In this document: in pieces, positions 48,902-59,292 of the stretch
Layout: every line of letters starts with the position of its first letter
How positions within the stretch are numbered: the stretch's first letter is position 1
Origin: Thermodesulfovibrionales bacterium
GTDB taxonomy: Bacteria > Nitrospirota > Thermodesulfovibrionia > Thermodesulfovibrionales > SM23-35
Assembly (NCBI GenBank): GCA_963716185.1
Contig: OY970295.1
Span: 3,163,316 to 3,227,315, forward strand
Direction of reading: 5' to 3'
Length of the DNA: 64,000 nt
Made by a program: the position numbers and the translations under genes
The notes under the pieces: model-generated
What the model was told of the DNA's origin: nothing
Databases searched by the model: none
Seen by the model: the letters and a program-made list of their open reading frames with translations, nothing else

Positions 48902-49777
48902 CTATATAACCTCTCTTTGTGTATACCCGGGAATTGTGACCTGAGGAAAATCAGAGAGATGGGCTTTAAGGGCATTATTAAGGTCCTGCGGGTAAAGCTT
49001 AATTTTCATCAGGTAATAAAGCAAAATTGATGGTAGAACGACAATGAAAATTCCAACCCACACAAGGTTATACTCATGGATGTAAAGGGTAATCGAAAGA
49101 TTGAAAATTAAAACCCCGTAGTAGAGCCCCGGACCTATGAGATGTCGCCAACGGTATTTGCAGCCGGAGCAATCCGGCATCCTTTGCAGTAAACCATCTA
49201 TTTTCTGCAACGCATAGATCATTAGAAATCCGACTGCGAGCCAGCCGACAAAATTCGATATGGGGACACCGAAATATATGCCCCTCTCGGGATATCCGTA
49301 TATTTGACCGAGAAACCATCTGTTGCCCAATAAGGCAACGGGGTCTATTATTATATCGAGATAGACAAAGAGGATTGCTCCGAGGACCGCTGTAAATAAT
49401 GAATTTCTGATTTTCTTCGTTTCGAGCACATAGATCATTCCGCCTGCGCGCAAAAGAGGTGAAATAATTACAAGTGCCATTGAATAACTGGCATAAGCCA
49501 GGAATACATAGCTCAAGGAATCCATCAGCGGCACACCCAGGACCCACAGTTCTTTACCCTTCGTCTGTTCTATATAGAAATAGTATCCGTAAGGGATCCC
49601 GTTATGGATGGAAGAGTATTCCGACAACCACGCGATAAGATAACCGGTCACGCAAAAAAAAACGGCCCTTTTTGCCCCCAGATGCAGTGAGCATCCGAGG
49701 AGATACACCAATAAGAAGGCGAATACATAGGGTCTCAGGAGGATGGTTTGCAGGACGAGGGAAGGGAAAGACTCCAT
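48902..49777 (-). CDS. CruF-like 'carotenoid biosynthesis' membrane protein
   Basis: SE..SI..GIPYG.Y.Y, GVP, LDIIIDPVA, YFGVPISNFVGW. Confidence 0.75.
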   Translation of the reverse strand: MESFPSLVLQTILLRPYVFAFLLVYLLGCSLHLGAKRAVFFCVTGYLIAWLSEYSSIHNGIPYGYYFYIEQTKGKELWVLGVPLMDSLSYVFLAYASYSMALVIISPLLRAGGMIYVLETKKIRNSLFTAVLGAILFVYLDIIIDPVALLGNRWFLGQIYGYPERGIYFGVPISNFVGWLAVGFLMIYALQKIDGLLQRMPDCSGCKYRWRHLIGPGLYYGVLIFNLSITLYIHEYNLVWVGIFIVVLPSILLYYLMKIKLYPQDLNNALKAHLSDFPQVTIPGYTQREVI

Positions 49778-50782
49778 TCAGGATTTCTTCATGTTCCAGA
49801 GGATGAGTCTGAACAGGTCGCCGGGATTGGAAAAGGCGGACCTCATGACCGTCGCTTCATATCCGCTGTGGACCATGCAGTTTTTGCATCGTGAATCTGT
49901 TCCCGACTCGTATTTGTCCCAGGGGGTCTTTTCCATCATCTCGCCGAAGGATTTATAGTAGGTATCGGTTATCAAATAGCATGGAGATTTCCACCCGAGA
50001 GGGTTGCGAGTCGGATTTCCCCAGGGTGTGCATTGCATTGCTCTCTTACCTTTTAGAAAGTCCAGATAAACAGGCGAGCTCATGAGGGGAAGTCTATCAA
50101 AGAAATAGGCCATCTCGTTGAACCTTTCTTCTATTCCTTTCCTGTCGAGAAATATATCGTTTTCCACTCTCTCGTAACTGAAAGCAGGGGAAATCAGGAT
50201 GCCGTTTACGTCCAGGGTTTTTAACAGGGTAAATAATTGCTCCAGTTCCTTTGTATTGGAATTCTTGTAAACAGACGTGTTTGTACTTACCCTGAAACCT
50301 TTCTGCCTCGCCTTTTTTATATTTTCCACAGCCTTTTTGAAAGTCCCGGCCTTGTTCGTAATTCTGTCATGTGTTTCCTCCATTCCGTCGAGGTGGAAGT
50401 TTAGGGTGAGCGCCGGGTGGGGCGTGAATTCTTCAACGAAAGACTCTGCAAGAAGGCCGTTCGTGCACAGGTATATATACCTTTTCAATCCGAGGAGTTC
50501 CCGCAGGAGATGTTTTAATTCGGGATATAAAAAAGGCTCCCCCCCTGTTATGGTCACTACAGGCGCCCTTGACTCAACGGCAGCTTCTATGCACTCATTA
50601 AGAGAAAGGTCTTCTGTCTGTTCCTGGTTGTGCAGCCTTATCCTGTCACAGCCCGCACATGCGAGATTGCATCTGTGCGTGGGTTCGAGCATCAGCACAA
50701 GAGGGAACTTCTTCTTTCCCGCGAGGGCGTTTTTTACAAAATATGCAGTCAGCGAGATATAGAGACCTACCGGAAACCGCAT
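49778..50782 (-). CDS. hpnH: Adenosyl-hopene transferase (radical SAM)
   Basis: FPLVLMLEP..CNLACAGC, CTPWGNPTRNP.GW..PCY, C.NCMVHSGYE. Confidence 0.93.
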   Translation of the reverse strand: MRFPVGLYISLTAYFVKNALAGKKKFPLVLMLEPTHRCNLACAGCDRIRLHNQEQTEDLSLNECIEAAVESRAPVVTITGGEPFLYPELKHLLRELLGLKRYIYLCTNGLLAESFVEEFTPHPALTLNFHLDGMEETHDRITNKAGTFKKAVENIKKARQKGFRVSTNTSVYKNSNTKELEQLFTLLKTLDVNGILISPAFSYERVENDIFLDRKGIEERFNEMAYFFDRLPLMSSPVYLDFLKGKRAMQCTPWGNPTRNPLGWKSPCYLITDTYYKSFGEMMEKTPWDKYESGTDSRCKNCMVHSGYEATVMRSAFSNPGDLFRLILWNMKKS

Positions 50783-50796
50783 CGCCTATCCTGACC

Positions 50797-51618
50797 TCAA
50801 ACCTTTGCCGCCTTCTTATTTTTTCTCTCTGTTATAAACTTCAGGGTCTCATCGAGTTCGTCAAGATAGACATCGGTATTTTTGCACGGTCCTTCAGGTC
50901 TTTTATTTGGTATGGCAAGTACGGGTATATTCTCCGCCACATCTTTTATTCCGCTCATCAAATCTCTCTCGCAGGCAAGCGCCAGGATGAAAGTGGGCCG
51001 GTATTGCTTGATAGCTTCCCTGGCAGCTTCACCTCCGCCGGCAGTGAGAATCTTGAATCCGTCGCCGTTCACTTTGTTCATTATCTGGTTTCTCGTTTCC
51101 TTTTTTAAACACCTTGGCAAAAGGATCAGAAGCCTCTCTGCGTTCAGCTTGTCAGCATAATTTTTTATAATGAAATTATGCACCTTAATAAAAGAATTTC
51201 CGACCCTGTCCCTGCTTATTCCGAATTTTGCGCCCAGCCACACTGTTTTCGGGAGGAGGAAAAGAATAAATTTCTCACGCCACCTGTACGGAAATAAAGA
51301 TTTTCTGAAGCCGAGAACCGACGCCCCTTCTACCAAAAATAGTATCAGGCAAACAAAGGCAAATCCTATTATAATCCATTCGATAAGGTCCGCCGCAAAT
51401 GGATTTAACTGGAAAATCCTCGGCTTTATCAGATACCATCCTAATGGAACCAGTGCAATCAATATCAACAAAATGCCGAGGGATAAAAGGAAAAAAGTGG
51501 TCCGGTTTTCATTTATTTCCGCCTCCCTGGAGTCGTCCCTGCCGTCCCAGTCCGTCCACTGATCTCCAAGTTTTCTATCTTTTGGTTTTTCCATGTGATC
51601 CTGTTCTGTATCGGGCAT
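50797..51618 (-). CDS. DUF116 domain membrane protein
   Basis: Two TM segments, SFIKVHN, LLPRCL, ALACERDL.SG, RPEGPCKNT. Confidence 0.8.
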   Translation of the reverse strand: MPDTEQDHMEKPKDRKLGDQWTDWDGRDDSREAEINENRTTFFLLSLGILLILIALVPLGWYLIKPRIFQLNPFAADLIEWIIIGFAFVCLILFLVEGASVLGFRKSLFPYRWREKFILFLLPKTVWLGAKFGISRDRVGNSFIKVHNFIIKNYADKLNAERLLILLPRCLKKETRNQIMNKVNGDGFKILTAGGGEAAREAIKQYRPTFILALACERDLMSGIKDVAENIPVLAIPNKRPEGPCKNTDVYLDELDETLKFITERKNKKAAKV

Positions 51619-52629
51619 TTATGTCCTCACAGCACTTATTTTTCTTACATATCCCTGATTTCTAAACCAGTCGATTGCCTTTTCTATTGCGGACTCGACC
51701 GGATTTTGGGGCATATTCAATTCCCTCACAGCCTTGGAGCAGTCGAAGTACATATATTTATGAGCCATCCTTACGCCTGTCAGGGGAATTATGGGATGTC
51801 TGTGGGTAATCCATTTCGACAACGCTTCGTTCACATAAGATGCGAGCAATACCGGCAGATATGGAAGTCGCAGCTTTGGCGGTTTGATCCCGGTCATGCC
51901 TGCGAGGATTTCGAAAAAATTTTTTAAAGAGATATTCTTGTTCCCCAATATATACCTCTGACCGGTCCTCCCGTGTTGGGCCGCAAGGACATGGGCTGCG
52001 GCAACATCTTCAACATCCACAAAATTCAGTCCCGTATCCAGATAAGCAGGAATCCTGCCGTTAAGGAAGTCAACGATAATCTTTCCGGTGGGTGTGGGTT
52101 TCCTGTCCATGGGACCGACGGGGGTTGTGGGATTAACAATAACTACGGGCAACCCTTTCTCAATGAAACGGTAAACCTCTTTTTCTGCAATGAACTTGGA
52201 CCTTTTATAATGACCGACCATATCGTTTATCCCGACCGGTGTATCTTCATCAGAAGGCCTGCCGTTTGAGCATGCCGACAATACACCAACCGTACTAGTA
52301 TAAACTACTCTTTCAACTCCTGTCTTTAATGCGGCCTCCATAACATTCTTCGTGCCCTGAACGTTGATCTCATACATTCTTTCCGGATCCGGAACCCAAA
52401 TCCTGTAGTCCGCCGCAAGGTGATACAATTGCAGGCAGCCTTTCAATGCAGTGCAGACGGAGCTGAAGTCCCTCACATCTCCGGTGACCGGTTCTATGCC
52501 CAGAGATTTGAGGGCCGAGGAGTCGCTTCCTTTTCTCACGATGGCCCTGACAAAGAAACCCCTTTCTTTCAGCTGCCTGGCCACGTGAAATCCTATAAAG
52601 CCTGTGGCGCCTGTCACAAGCGCTTTCAT
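51619..52629 (-). CDS. hpnA: Hopanoid-associated NAD-dependent sugar epimerase/reductase
   Basis: MKALVTGATGFIG, HLAADYR.W, HYKRSK, KPTPTG. ATGA overlap with shc. Confidence 0.9.
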   Translation of the reverse strand: MKALVTGATGFIGFHVARQLKERGFFVRAIVRKGSDSSALKSLGIEPVTGDVRDFSSVCTALKGCLQLYHLAADYRIWVPDPERMYEINVQGTKNVMEAALKTGVERVVYTSTVGVLSACSNGRPSDEDTPVGINDMVGHYKRSKFIAEKEVYRFIEKGLPVVIVNPTTPVGPMDRKPTPTGKIIVDFLNGRIPAYLDTGLNFVDVEDVAAAHVLAAQHGRTGQRYILGNKNISLKNFFEILAGMTGIKPPKLRLPYLPVLLASYVNEALSKWITHRHPIIPLTGVRMAHKYMYFDCSKAVRELNMPQNPVESAIEKAIDWFRNQGYVRKISAVRT

Positions 52630-54641
52630 CTTTTTACTTCTTCCATGGACCTCGAAAGAAATCTGCCGAGGGCCATCAAAGGAAAACAGTTTCTGTAATT
52701 GTGATATCGAAGATAAAAGTACTTGGGGAAACCGGTTCCGGTAAACGACTTCTCGTCCCAGGTACCATCGTCCCGCTGTGTTTCGAGGAGATACTCTATC
52801 CCCTTCGATACTTCTTTGCCGGCTATTTCTCCGGCAGCAATTAAGGCGAGAACCGCCCATGCCGTCTGTGACGGGGTGCTTTCTCCGCAACACTTCAACT
52901 TGGGATCATCATAAGATTCACAGCCCTCGCCCCATCCGCCGTCAAGGTTCTGACTGGCCTTCAGCCACCGGACAGCCTTTTTTACGTATGGCCTGGACAT
53001 ATCTTCACCAACGGAGTTAAGTCCCACGAGGACGGCACTCGTCCCATAGATGTAATTTATACCCCATCTTCCCCACCAGGAACCCTCCTCATCCTGCGTC
53101 CTGTTAAGAAATTCTATTGCTCTCTTTACGAGCAGGTTTGACACCTCGTATCCCACCAAGCCGAGAAGTTCAAGCACCCTTCCTGTAATGTCGGGAGTGC
53201 TTGGGTCTATCATAGCCTCCAGATCTCCGAAGGGCAGCTGATTCAATATCTTCATGTTGTTGTCAACATCGAATGCGCCCCATCCGCCGTCCCTGCCCTG
53301 CATTCCAAGGATCCAGCCGAGACCCCTTTCGATGCTCTCGGGCCTGATGAATTCTTTGTCAGTGTATCGGTTGAGAAGCATCAGGACTACGCATGTATCA
53401 TCTATATCAGGATACCAGTTATTCTCAAATTCGAAAGCCCATCCGCCTGGCTCTAAATAAGGTTTTTTTACACTCCAATCGCCTTTTTGGAAAATCTGCC
53501 TGGGCGCCAGCCACTTACAGGCTTTTTCGAGAGAAAGGTGATCTCTCTCGAACCCCGAGTAAAGCAGGGCGAGAGATGTCAGTGCGGTGTCCCACACGGG
53601 AGAGATGCACGACTGAAGAACAATTTCATCCTCTTTTTCTATTATAAACCTTTCAAGGGCTTCAAGCCCTTTTTTTACATATGCGTGAGATGAGTCGTAG
53701 CCCATCGCGGCAAGGGCAAGAGTTGAGTTGATCATCGCGGGCTGTATGCCTCCCCAATCACCGCCCGGCTCCTGATGCTCCAATATCCATCTTTCCATAT
53801 TGCTCAAAGCTTTTGCGCGCCAGGGCCTCACATGAAAGCTCTCAATTGTCTTTATCACTTTGTCCAGCACGATAAACAACCTCTTCCAGGAATAAAGAGA
53901 CAACTTGTTTGTTGTTATGGGCGGAACTTTACTCGGGTCTTTATACAATTCCTGGATCCGGGCGTTCTCAGGCAAGGGCATGACCGGTTTATGTTCGAGG
54001 ATCATCGAAAGAGGCACGATAGTGGACCTTGCCCAGCTTGAAAAATTATATATGTTAAAGGGAAACCACAGCGGCAAAAGAATTATCTCAGCGGGGATCG
54101 AAGGGATAGCCTTCCAGTCGAATTCACCGAAGAGGGCGAGGTATATTTTGGTAAACACTCTTGAAGCTTCCATGCCGCCTTTCTCGATAATGAACTCCCT
54201 GGCCTTTCTCAGCCTGGGGTCATCGGATGAGAGGCCTGCAAGCTTCAGGGCGAAATATGCCTCTACCGTTGTACTCAGATCACCTTTGCCTTCCCAATAG
54301 AGGGACCACGTGCCGTCGGTCCTCTGGTTGCTAAGGATGTGATTGGCCATCTTTTTATTTTTTCCCTCGTCTTTTATTCCCAGGAAATAAAGGAGCATTA
54401 AATATTCCGCGGTTATAGTGACATTTGATTCCAGTTCATACCACCAGTAGCCGTCTTCATGCTGGTCGCTCACGAAATACGAATGAGTTTTTCTTACAGC
54501 CTCTGATATCCTTTTGGTTAAACCAAAAGGTTCTGAAACGGCTGAAGATCCGGATTTTGGTTTGGCAGGTAAAACCGAAGTTTTAGTTCCAAGAAGCTTC
54601 TTGGAAAGTCTGCTCTTTTTCTCCCTTAATAAAATATCCAT
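52626..54641 (-). CDS. shc: Squalene-hopene cyclase
   Basis: ELESNVTITAEY, QW repeats, SPVWDT, GGWAFEF.N..YPDIDDT, GTGFP..FYLRY. Confidence 0.97.
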   Translation of the reverse strand: MDILLREKKSRLSKKLLGTKTSVLPAKPKSGSSAVSEPFGLTKRISEAVRKTHSYFVSDQHEDGYWWYELESNVTITAEYLMLLYFLGIKDEGKNKKMANHILSNQRTDGTWSLYWEGKGDLSTTVEAYFALKLAGLSSDDPRLRKAREFIIEKGGMEASRVFTKIYLALFGEFDWKAIPSIPAEIILLPLWFPFNIYNFSSWARSTIVPLSMILEHKPVMPLPENARIQELYKDPSKVPPITTNKLSLYSWKRLFIVLDKVIKTIESFHVRPWRAKALSNMERWILEHQEPGGDWGGIQPAMINSTLALAAMGYDSSHAYVKKGLEALERFIIEKEDEIVLQSCISPVWDTALTSLALLYSGFERDHLSLEKACKWLAPRQIFQKGDWSVKKPYLEPGGWAFEFENNWYPDIDDTCVVLMLLNRYTDKEFIRPESIERGLGWILGMQGRDGGWGAFDVDNNMKILNQLPFGDLEAMIDPSTPDITGRVLELLGLVGYEVSNLLVKRAIEFLNRTQDEEGSWWGRWGINYIYGTSAVLVGLNSVGEDMSRPYVKKAVRWLKASQNLDGGWGEGCESYDDPKLKCCGESTPSQTAWAVLALIAAGEIAGKEVSKGIEYLLETQRDDGTWDEKSFTGTGFPKYFYLRYHNYRNCFPLMALGRFLSRSMEEVKR

Positions 54642-54697
54642 ATTTCAGAGAATTATAAATGAAATGATAGTCCCATAGCAAAAAGTTTTGCTTTTTT

Positions 54698-55573
54698 TCA
54701 TGTTCTCTCCAGGATGGAATTAAGGACTACATCCTCTCCGTGAAGCCGCTTGTAGCCGATTAAATCAATGCCGAGATGAGCAATCCTACGGCGAACGCCG
54801 GTTGATGTCAGGGCCTCAAGTTCCTTCCGGCCGGATGCTGTTGAAATATCGGGATGGACAAAAATTTCATTAATCGGACCACGAACGCGGTTTAAAATGT
54901 AAAGGAAATATTTCTCGTTAACGCTGTCGGTCTGCGAAAGCCCCAGTGTATTGCATGCCACATTCAGCCCATATCTTCGAGCTATTTTATAATTATATGC
55001 TCTCAATATGCCGAAAACTGCCCACTCGGCAAAAGGCATAAGTCCGCGTGAGAAGAAGCGTGAATGCAGGACAACGGACAAAGGTTCATTGGGAAGCCGT
55101 ATCCACCCAACTCCCCTTCTCGACGCTTGCCTGCAGACCACTTCGAATATAAGCGGGTTCATGTGCAGGTGATGATGGCTGTCCACATGGGTCGGACGAA
55201 TACCCGCCTCTTCAAGACGGGAGAATTGTGCTTCCACTTCTGCTTCAATCTGGGAGAGGATGCCGCGCCTCATAAAGCTAAGCCACGCTTTCACGGGGCT
55301 TTCCTCCAAGTCGCCGCTTGAATCGACGATATCGGGTATGAGCGAGGGCTTCAGAACGGCGCGGCCATCGCAGAGACTCACGTGGAGCCCGACGGACAGA
55401 CATCTGCGATTGAGAACTATCTGCACTGCCTCATCGAAAGCCCTGCCTCCTGGCATGATGCTCGCAGCGGTGACTATTCCCCTGTCATGGGCTTCAGCGA
55501 TTGCGAGGTTGACGGATGAAGACTTGCCCAAATCATCCGCTGCAACGACCAGATGTCTTCCTTTCAGATTCAA
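54698..55573 (-). CDS. hpnK: HpnK/ChbG (YdjC) family deacetylase
   Basis: ADDLG..VN.AI, VGLH, HVDSHHHLH, EIFVHP. Confidence 0.85.
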   Translation of the reverse strand: MNLKGRHLVVAADDLGKSSSVNLAIAEAHDRGIVTAASIMPGGRAFDEAVQIVLNRRCLSVGLHVSLCDGRAVLKPSLIPDIVDSSGDLEESPVKAWLSFMRRGILSQIEAEVEAQFSRLEEAGIRPTHVDSHHHLHMNPLIFEVVCRQASRRGVGWIRLPNEPLSVVLHSRFFSRGLMPFAEWAVFGILRAYNYKIARRYGLNVACNTLGLSQTDSVNEKYFLYILNRVRGPINEIFVHPDISTASGRKELEALTSTGVRRRIAHLGIDLIGYKRLHGEDVVLNSILERT

Positions 55574-55831
55574 AAAATATTCACCCCGTTAATTATTCGC
55601 CTTTAGCCCTTAGTTCGAATAATTTAATCATTCTATAAAGCTTCCTTCGGGATTTTTCTGTAACACCCGGTCATGCATAGACAAATTATAACAAAGCAGC
55701 CTTCTTTTGCAAGATGAAATTTGATTGGTTGTGATGATCGTTTGTGTAGAATTCTCTTAAACACGCAGTGATAATGAATAAGCCCGACTTGAAAAAAATG
55801 AAAACCGCCGGCAAAACATTTTTTGTCTTCC

Positions 55832-58474
55832 CTATCGGTTTTTTTCGGAATGCCTCCGGTAGAGCTCGGTCAGCGCGGGTAATAAAATAAGTACTGAGAT
55901 TATCAAAAAGCTTAAGCAGATAGTCAGTAGCATTCCCATGCTGGCAATCCCCCTGTGGGGTGAAAAAGAAAGGCTGCCCGTACTGACTATCATGGTTAAG
56001 GCGCTGAACAGCACGGCGCGGGCTGTGCTGGTCCTGAGCATGTTTCCGTCAGGCGGCGGCTCATTGAGGAACCGAAGAATAAAAATTATACCGCTGTGTA
56101 CGCCTATGCCCAGTAAGAGAGGGACAACAATTACGTTTGCGAAATTCAAGGGGATGCCGAGCAGGACAGAGGCCGCCCCGGTCAGAGATATCGCAAACAG
56201 TAATGGCATCAGTATCAACGCCGTGACATAGACACTTCTCAACTCAATCAATAAGAAAAGGACAATGAAAATCAGGGCATACAGAGTGGCCTCTTTGAAA
56301 GAGGAAACAACTGCCCTTCCTGATTCATAGATCGTTACGGGGGCGTCCGTTGCGTCGGGCGCTATTTTACGCACTGCTTCCACGAACCTTTTAAGCGCGT
56401 CCACATTCATAATGTTTTCGCGGGGGAATACCTGTACCCTGTAGCGTCCGTCTGCCGATACATACTGGTCCGCCAGTTGCCGGGGAAGGTCGGATCCACG
56501 AAAACGTTCTGCACGAAGCGAGGTTTCAAGACTCTTAAAGAGCCCGGGAAGATTAAGAAGAAGGCCTTTCTCAAGGTCCGCAAATGCACTTTTCCCTTTT
56601 ACGGGGTCCGAGACGAGGGTCTTGAACTTCTGAACGCTGGCATACAGGAGTCCGACATGCGGATTTTTTTCCTTTGGAGCTGAAAGGAGGGACCTCTTTA
56701 ATGCCCCTTCGAAACCGTTAAGAGCTTTGATTTTTTCCTCGTAGCTTAAATGTTTTAATGTGGCATTCCCAATATCCGGCGGCATAAAAAGCGCCATATC
56801 AGAGATAATGGCGAGCTTTTCGGACTGGTTATCGGGCACGAAGTCGGAAATAGTCAGCGCCATCTTTACTTCTTTGAGCTTGGCCAATTTTTCCGCAAGA
56901 CTTTCAGCGCGCTCCTTCCCCTTTGCAAGGACCGAGATCGTCCATGGCTGGGTTTCAGGATTTTTGAAAAGCTCTTTTATGGTGTTTACCGATTCGGAAG
57001 TCTCACTATAAAGGTCCAGAGGGTTATAATCAAAATAGACCCCGGACAGCAACGGGACCGAACCTAACCCGAGGATGACGGCCACGGCCACAATGGCTCG
57101 AGGATATTTGTAAGGAATTTTTGAGAGTGTCTGTCCGGATGACAGGAACCAGCCTTTATTCTTTCCGGTGCGGAATACGGTCAGCAAAGCAGGAAGTACG
57201 GTAATCGTTACAAAAAAACTTATGAACATCCCGGTTCCGGATATCAAGCCCAGTTCGGCGACGCCTGCATAAGCAGTGGGAATGAAGGAATAGAAACCAA
57301 TTGCAACGGTCACGCAACTGAGAAGAAGACTCCGCCCGACGCCTCCTGCCGTTGTTGTTATGCCCTCAAATTCACCATGTCCCGACACAATTAACTCCTT
57401 GTAGCGAAGGCAGAACTGTATACTGTAATCTATGCCGAGACCGATGAAGAGCACGGCGAAGGTAATGGAGATGAGATTCAGACTTCCGACAACAGCCATG
57501 GCAAAGCCCGTTGTCCAGATAAGCCCGATGACGAGGGCCAGAAGACTCGCGAGGACCATGCGTCCGGACCCCAGGCCGATGAAGAAAATAACGCCGACGA
57601 GCAGGAGCGAGACAAAAGTTGCAACGCCGGTGCTGTTTTTTACTGTCTGCAGATTTTCATAGGATAGGGCGACATCTCCCGTGATTCCCATTTTAATCCC
57701 GTTAGCCGGATTTATATTCAGTTCTTTTGCTATGCTGCGAATGGCTTCAAGAGAGACTTCATCGGCGGAGTCGTTGGATACGTCAAGATAGGGCTGAACT
57801 ATTATGAACTGCCGGCGCTGTTCTTCAGCCTGTTTTTCCCCAAACATCATGCTTTCCCATGACATCTCATAGGGATGATGGTCAATCACGCCGTCAATTG
57901 TCTTCCTCATCCCGTCAAAAAGCTGGTCCATGCTCTTGTCATTAATATCGTTAACTTCCCCATGGCTCAGTACCAGTTCGAGCACGGAAAAAAGCCCGCG
58001 TAAACTTAAGTCCTTCGACAGAAAAGCGAGAAGAGGCTGGGCATTCGCCAGTTTGTCCGAGAGACCTTCCAGTTCAGACCTGCTCAGGTATAAAAGACCG
58101 TTCTTTTCAAAGAATTCTCCCCCCCCGGGCTCGTAGACTGTCTTAACTATTTTTGTTTCTTTCCTCAGGCGCCCGGCCATAAGTTTGCGTGCCGACATCG
58201 CCTGTTCCGGGGTGTCGCCGTCGAGCACTACAACGATCGCGTCCGAAAATTGAGGAAAAGCATCTGAAAATTCTTTTTCGAGCTTCCGGAAATGAAGTTT
58301 CTCCGAAATCATACCGTTGAGGTCGGTGTTTATCCTGAAATTCTGTTTCAGATAAAAGAGCACTGCAGCGCTTGCTATCAGGGTTACAATGAGCACCGAG
58401 GCTGAATGGCGCTGGATGAAATTAACCCACCAGGCAATAAGCCGTTTTGAATATCCGTTATTTTTCGTCATCAT
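55832..58474 (-). CDS. hpnN: Hopanoid transporter, MMPL/RND family
   Basis: FFEKNGLLYL, LNLISITFAVLFIGLGIDY, LNFANVIVVPLLLGIGV. Confidence 0.9.
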   Translation of the reverse strand: MMTKNNGYSKRLIAWWVNFIQRHSASVLIVTLIASAAVLFYLKQNFRINTDLNGMISEKLHFRKLEKEFSDAFPQFSDAIVVVLDGDTPEQAMSARKLMAGRLRKETKIVKTVYEPGGGEFFEKNGLLYLSRSELEGLSDKLANAQPLLAFLSKDLSLRGLFSVLELVLSHGEVNDINDKSMDQLFDGMRKTIDGVIDHHPYEMSWESMMFGEKQAEEQRRQFIIVQPYLDVSNDSADEVSLEAIRSIAKELNINPANGIKMGITGDVALSYENLQTVKNSTGVATFVSLLLVGVIFFIGLGSGRMVLASLLALVIGLIWTTGFAMAVVGSLNLISITFAVLFIGLGIDYSIQFCLRYKELIVSGHGEFEGITTTAGGVGRSLLLSCVTVAIGFYSFIPTAYAGVAELGLISGTGMFISFFVTITVLPALLTVFRTGKNKGWFLSSGQTLSKIPYKYPRAIVAVAVILGLGSVPLLSGVYFDYNPLDLYSETSESVNTIKELFKNPETQPWTISVLAKGKERAESLAEKLAKLKEVKMALTISDFVPDNQSEKLAIISDMALFMPPDIGNATLKHLSYEEKIKALNGFEGALKRSLLSAPKEKNPHVGLLYASVQKFKTLVSDPVKGKSAFADLEKGLLLNLPGLFKSLETSLRAERFRGSDLPRQLADQYVSADGRYRVQVFPRENIMNVDALKRFVEAVRKIAPDATDAPVTIYESGRAVVSSFKEATLYALIFIVLFLLIELRSVYVTALILMPLLFAISLTGAASVLLGIPLNFANVIVVPLLLGIGVHSGIIFILRFLNEPPPDGNMLRTSTARAVLFSALTMIVSTGSLSFSPHRGIASMGMLLTICLSFLIISVLILLPALTELYRRHSEKNR

Positions 58475-58589
58475 TTCTGAATATTTTTTGTTCCAAGCAA
58501 TTGAACATTGAGATTTTTAAGGTATTATTTTAATATCAGACGATAAAAAAGGGAATTCCCAAGTTTCATATTGTAAGCCAAAAAATTGT

Positions 58590-59249
58590 TTGAAGGAGAA
58601 ATTGATGACAGAGTGCAGGGACCCAAAGATTTGCGTAATTTTTCATCGGCTGATAAGTTCGCTCATTTTTCTTTCTGTTTTTTTCTGTACCGCTTATGGA
58701 GAAGCTGAACAGCTGCGGCCTTCAGAGGTCATAAAAAAATTCAATGCCGCGCTTTTGGAGTCTATGAAAAAAGGCACGGAACTCGGTTATTCAGGACGCT
58801 ACAAACTCCTGGAGCCCGTCATTAAAGATTCTTTTGCGCTGCCCTTCATGGTGAGTGTATCGGCGGGAAAATACTGGAAGACACTCACTGAAAAAGACCG
58901 AAACTTGCTGCTTCAAAAATATACTGAATGGTCCTCTGCCACCTATGCGGGCCGTTTTAAAGATTATTCCGGACAAAAATTTGAAATGATTTCGGAATCA
59001 AAACCTGTGCAGGGTACTGTTACCGTTCTAAGCAAACTCATCGATTCCGACGGAGAGGAAACAGACTTTTATTACAAGCTTCGCAAGATGGAAGGCGGAT
59101 GGCGTATAGTTGACATCCAGATTGAAGGTATAAGCCAGCTTGCCGTGACGAGATCCCAATTTGTGAGCGTTATCAACAAAAAAGGTTTTGACGGTTTAAT
59201 TTCGATGCTGAAAGAAAAGATAGAAAAATTTTCGAAAGAAAAAAGCTGA
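58590..59249 (+). CDS. hpnM: HpnM/MlaC-like periplasmic lipid-binding protein
   Basis: RYKLLEPVI..F..M, TYA.RF..Y.GQ.F, WRIVDI..GISQLA..RSQF. Confidence 0.78.
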   Translation: MKEKLMTECRDPKICVIFHRLISSLIFLSVFFCTAYGEAEQLRPSEVIKKFNAALLESMKKGTELGYSGRYKLLEPVIKDSFALPFMVSVSAGKYWKTLTEKDRNLLLQKYTEWSSATYAGRFKDYSGQKFEMISESKPVQGTVTVLSKLIDSDGEETDFYYKLRKMEGGWRIVDIQIEGISQLAVTRSQFVSVINKKGFDGLISMLKEKIEKFSKEKS

Positions 59250-59292
59250 AGGAACTTTTGCAATGTCCCACACTAAGTGAGAGGATAAGGCC

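Noticed and set aside
52630-52893. 88-aa N-terminal extension of HpnA in the ORF track (similarly 20163-20237, 31026-31097, 33198-33314)
   Set aside because: These overlap upstream genes or promoters. Downstream ATGs with RBS or coupling give normal starts.
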